64,000 nucleotides of DNA, from positions 124,001 through 188,000 of the forward strand of contig CATNEN010000038.1 in NCBI GenBank assembly GCA_950097015.1. Direction: 5' to 3'. Below are positions 60,801-64,000 of this stretch, in pieces. The first letter of the stretch is position 1. Every line of letters begins with the position of its first letter. The DNA is from Macrostomum hystrix. Lineage: Eukaryota > Animalia > Platyhelminthes. The notes under the pieces are model-generated. The model was not told the DNA's origin. It saw nothing but the letters and a program-made list of their open reading frames with translations, and ran no database searches. A program made the translations under genes and the position numbers.

Positions 60801-62685
60801 ATAAAAATGAAATGTAGCGGCAGATGCGTGAGGCTGGAAATCACCAGTTTATCAATTTCTGCATAGAAATCTGGAAAATTAGTCATTCCAGCAGTTGAGC
60901 TCTAACACCTGGGTACGTATTTTTCACTGAAGTACAGCTTGTAGACGTGAGCAATGGGGATTCAGAGTTAAAGACAACTAAAAAATAGATTGCGGAGTGA
61001 GTCAGAATAGTTTAGTGTTGGCCTTTCACCGACTATTTAGTGTTAATATAGAGACATTTACAAAAGAGTAAATTAGAGAATGCAAAGTAACACTAAAGAA
61101 CGGAGACTGGTGAGGAAGCAACAAAAAGTTTTGTTAAACAATCAAGTTTTTTAAGCATGCATACTGCCCGGTAATTAGGTATTACTTTTGGGCCCGATTG
61201 GGCCAGATGTGCAGCCGACAGCACACCAGTAATTACCCACATAATGCTGGTGCATCTTTAACGGCTCGGTGAACTCGGACAACACAAATTGTTCCAGTGA
61301 AATCAAGAATCGAACCCCCGACCTTCAAGTGGTGAATCGACGCCCGTTACACTCGGCTACAACCCCCCACCATAAATTAGTTTTTAATTGGCTAATAAAG
61401 ATTTATTAAGCTTTCTTCTTGTAAAAAAACATTTTAAAGTTTCTATTGCTATTTTTTTAAACATTTCGCAAAACATTTTCAAATAAAATCGTTTCTGACT
61501 CAACAATGTAAATCTTCAGACTACTTTTTTCACTCTGCGCCTCTGACCTTAAAGCAGAATCAGTCCAATGGACTCATTGTTATAAATGAGTCAGAAATTT
61601 TGCACTTCATTGGGGCCTGGCCTCACTTAAAATATTTTACTCCTGTTTACCAAAAACTTGCTCAAAGTGCTCAACGCAGCTAAAACTATGTGGCAGCAAC
61701 TGGTGCTCGGACAATGCGCGGGCTACAAAATTCATCCGTGGGAAATGTTAGGGCAGGTCGAAACCGGGATAGGGGAGTCAGTGGAGGCCGCACTAAATGC
61801 CGCCATTTTTCTGTCAACATGGCTAAAATGCCTGCCTACCCAAGCTGGGCTGCTCACAGCCGGCGGCATGTTAAGTTTAAGCATAGCAGTGTGCAAGGTG
61901 ATTGGGATTGCTTCATTTTTACTTGACAAATTTCAATTCTAAACTTGTTCTAATTTGGAGGGTATTTTGAGATCTACCAACGAAGGGAGAATGCTGCGCG
62001 TCTTCAATGTCTATGGCCTGGCGATAAATTTGGCCATAGACATTTGGAGATGAATTCAAGAACGACTTTAGACTAAATCGTTGATAAACGATTTCGCTGT
62101 TCAATAAAGCTAGTTTTTACCATAGAAGCGTGCGACAACGAAGTGTTTTGCTTGCGAAAACGGCATTTTTGGCACCATAAAATGGTATTTTTACTATCGG
62201 GCCGCGTACAATCAATATCATTATGCTTAGTGAACGAGGCGATCAAAGTAAAGCTTTAAATCGATTAATCGATTGATTAACTTAAGACGCTTAACAGGGC
62301 TTCTCTGGCAGTGACTGAACTGCTCCTCTGTTCTATAAACGGAAATTGTCAAGCCAATCACCGAGCAACTTAAATAAGTAGATAGAATGGAAACCTAACG
62401 CTTACAGGTAATAATTCTGTTTCACCTCCGAATTGTTTGTTAAGACAATAAAACTAAAGCTATCAATATTAAATATCGAAGACAACGATTAAACGAACGA
62501 AAAATACTAACTTTGACTACGTTAATATTTGCAGATATAACAGTGAACAGAATGTAGAGTAACATAAGATCTACACGCAGCTAGGAGCTAAAAGTTAACA
62601 TTTGCATTACCCCATTCTCCTGTTTCTGAGCTCGCTTCATCTTCTGTCGCGCTTTGTACTCTTTGAAGCGGCGACCGAGGGAGCG
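39811..62685 (-). CDS. TRPM2: TRPM2-type cation channel with C-terminal NUDT9-H domain (TRPM_PZQ-like); 5' end lies outside the window
   Basis: Core exons joined in frame by GT-AG introns: 59945-60101, 52712-52821, 51356-51939, 47666-47759, 46866-46994, 44497-45013, 43324-43913, 42926-43201, 42273-42605, 42067-42152, 41683-41974, 41231-41380, 40383-40496, 39811-39936. Motifs LLIWSLL...AELFW, FYMAPVIRF, WNKLD, LGPKLIMI, QMFGE, NLLIAMF, WNYQRY, PLNPMGRTGLKGKGLLPRWGPN, GYLDDHLNSDNAWME. Cassette exons are listed under findings. Confidence 0.93.
39981..40238 (-). mobile_element. SINE family 1 copy (diverged) in the last TRPM intron
   Basis: Homologous to 48598-48889. Confidence 0.8.
41451..41593. 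repeat. ~43-bp repeat x3 containing TGACTCA and GAGCCAATCAG
   Basis: Short tandem repeat in a TRPM intron. Confidence 0.75.
42678..42925 (-). repeat. 27-bp minisatellite containing CCAG|GTGAG, ~9 copies, directly after a TRPM donor site
   Basis: Plus-strand unit CACCTGGCCCACCTCCGCATCTCATCT. Confidence 0.93.
43945..44320. repeat. 17-bp minisatellite (TGACATTTGACAGTCTG)n
   Basis: Tandem repeat in a TRPM intron. Confidence 0.93.
45050..45492. repeat. 31-bp diverged minisatellite (GGGATTCCCTTCCAAAACGGAATTAGAAACT)n
   Basis: Tandem repeat, homogeneous in the centre and diverged at the edges. Confidence 0.85.
45817..46250. repeat. C-rich ~23-bp minisatellite (AAAACCCCTCCACTCCTCAACCCCC)n
   Basis: Tandem repeat, G-rich on the TRPM sense strand. 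Confidence 0.88.
47058..47625. repeat. 20-bp minisatellite (AACATGTGACAGCCATATCT)n
   Basis: About 28 copies filling a TRPM intron. Confidence 0.95.
48028..48100 (-). tRNA. tRNA-Arg(CCT), intronic in TRPM
   Basis: GCCCGTGTGGCCTAATGGATAAGGCGTCTGCCTCCTAAGTAGAAGATTGCGGGTTCGAGTCCCGTCACGGGTA forms a full cloverleaf with anticodon CCT. A T8 Pol III terminator lies ~10 nt downstream. Confidence 0.93.
48598..48889 (-). mobile_element. SINE family 1, full-length copy
   Basis: tRNA-like head, CORE-like segment CCTTTAGCAAGACACTTAAC...CTGTTAAATGGG, and an ATT-rich tail. Nearly identical to 63631-63922. Confidence 0.88.
49800..50530. repeat. 37-41-bp minisatellite (GATTGGTCAGGGCGGAGTGAAGAAGTGGTTGTTGTCT)n, ~19 copies
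   Basis: Tandem repeat. Each unit has CTGATTGG and most have GGGCGGAG. Confidence 0.95.
52053..52648. repeat. 42-bp minisatellite, ~14 copies
   Basis: Unit GGGAATGACTCGATGGGAACTCCAGGGCGAGTAGACCTCATC, inside intron 51940-52711. Confidence 0.95.
53931..54518. repeat. 33-bp minisatellite, ~18 copies
   Basis: Unit TGACACACTGATGGAACTGGAAGACAGCAGGTC. Confidence 0.95.
56776..57482. repeat. 55-bp minisatellite, ~13 copies
   Basis: Unit TGGCAGTTGGGCCAGATGTACATACAGCAAGTGGGGCAACCGCAGCTACGAGGGC. Confidence 0.95.
59030..59247 (-). mobile_element. SINE-like family 2 copy
   Basis: Homologous to 24938-25240, with a tRNA-like head GGCGAGTGGCAGAGCGGTTAACGCG. Confidence 0.7.
59620..59865 (-). repeat. 20-bp minisatellite (TCTACTCACTTGGAGTCCAA/C)n, ~12 copies, reading AA|GTGAGT on the TRPM sense strand
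   Basis: Tandem repeat in intron 59585-59944. Confidence 0.93.
61190..61365 (-). mobile_element. SINE family 1, internally deleted copy
   Basis: Retains the head and tail segments of the family. Confidence 0.7.
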
Positions 62686-63630
62686 CTGAGCACATTTGTG
62701 AGTCGTTTGGAGCGATGTTTATGACATATCGAAGTATTTTTGCTAGACTTTTATTTAAATAATTTTCTTGATAATTCTTCGTAGTCTCAAGAAATCCGAT
62801 ATCGATGCGTACTCAAATCAAGGACAGAAGTTCTGAACAGCTCATGTACATTTCCTGGCGCAATGTCCATGTTTGAGGATGTGATTTGCACTTTAGCATA
62901 TTGTCTAAACTTTTTACTGAATTCAATCACAAAAATTACTTATTTTTAGAAATGTCAATGGTACACCATCAACCGTCAAGTGAAATTATCACTAGCATTT
63001 ACTCCCTTTTTCTACTGAGCAGGTTTGGACCATAGACAAAATGGAATAAAGGGACATATTTGCACCTGTGTCTCTTTTATTTGAAGAGGTAGAAATCAAG
63101 AACCACTAAAAGAAAAAGTACGGAACACTTAGTTTCTTGGAAAATTTATTGGATGCTGATGTTCACGGAAAATGTACAAGCCAGATTGTAACTTTTCACA
63201 TTTTTTTCACATTAAAATACAGATAACTTTTATTGGAAGCAAATATAATGCTTTCTTTTGAGATATCTTGCAAAACATATCTTTCAGCAAATTTTTAAAA
63301 GCTTCATTCGTGAGAAATGAAAATTCATTTTTATTTCGCTTATCTGTCACGAAGCACAATAGGAACCAATCAGACATTCCCTATAAGTTGCCTATAGCTT
63401 TTAATGAAATAAATAAATGTAATTATCGAAATGCACTTAAACTAGATTAGAAAGTGACAGTAAAATTGAGTTAGCCGCTAGATGATAGGTTATAACTAGC
63501 TAAAAGTGAAAATTTCCTATCTTGCAAGTGCATTTATTCGTTAAAATCAGCCTTTAATAATTACATTTTCCAAGAAACGAAGTGTCCCATCCTTCTTCTT
63601 GTTAGTGGTCTGTGGTTTTGATTTTTTTTT

Positions 63631-63922
63631 ATTACACCTGCCCCAATTGGGTCAGATGTGCAGCCGACAGCACAGCCGCAGCTAATGCACGGCGCATCTG
63701 AAGGCTGCGTACGGCTGTCCAGTCCACGGACTGGGGGGACGCCACACCCACCTTCAATTATCCCAGCTGATGCTGGTACCCATTTAACAGCTGGGTGAAC
63801 TGAAGCAATGCAGAGTTTATAAGTGTCTTGCTAAAGGACGTAAATTGTTCCAGTGGAGTCGGGAATCGAACCCCCGACCTTCAAGTCGTGAGTCCGACGC
63901 CCTAACCACTAGGCTACAACCT
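63631..63922 (-). mobile_element. SINE family 1, full-length copy
   Basis: Nearly identical to 48598-48889. Confidence 0.88.
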
Positions 63923-64000
63923 CTACTAAAACTTAGTAGAGGTCTGTGGTAAAACTTATTAAACAAATGTCTCGCAATCAAGGCCTATTTAAAGTACAGG

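Noticed and set aside
60909-60977. AG/GT-bounded 69-nt candidate TRPM exon
   Set aside because: It reads into a stop in the phase-0 context of this intron. At most a poison exon, and unsupported.

Overview
Eukaryotic (animal) genomic DNA with GC-rich exons, AT-rich introns and very dense minisatellites. The style resembles a free-living flatworm such as Macrostomum, which is an inference. Genes supported by the sequence: a previously unannotated-looking two-exon secreted Cys-rich prepropeptide (8.9-9.5 kb, split across frames in the ORF track); an intronless divergent Polo-like kinase beside an AT-rich, TAGGCCTA-rich block; ABCF1 (4 exons); a BRD8-like SANT+bromodomain gene (2 exons); an intronless peptide-type GPCR; and a large minus-strand TRPM2-type channel with a NUDT9-H domain (39.8 kb to beyond 64 kb, 5' end outside the window). 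The channel carries the binding-pocket signature of the praziquantel target TRPM_PZQ, a degenerate Nudix box and a battery of frame-symmetric cassette exons. Also present: tRNA-Arg(CCT), two mariner relics, two tRNA-derived SINE families, about 20 tandem arrays and a 1.9-kb tandem duplication with a fold-back junction. The most unusual patterns are intronic minisatellites built from splice-site sequences, a local 34-35-bp satellite family, and a CCAAT/GC-box array inside the TRPM gene. All coordinates were read by eye.
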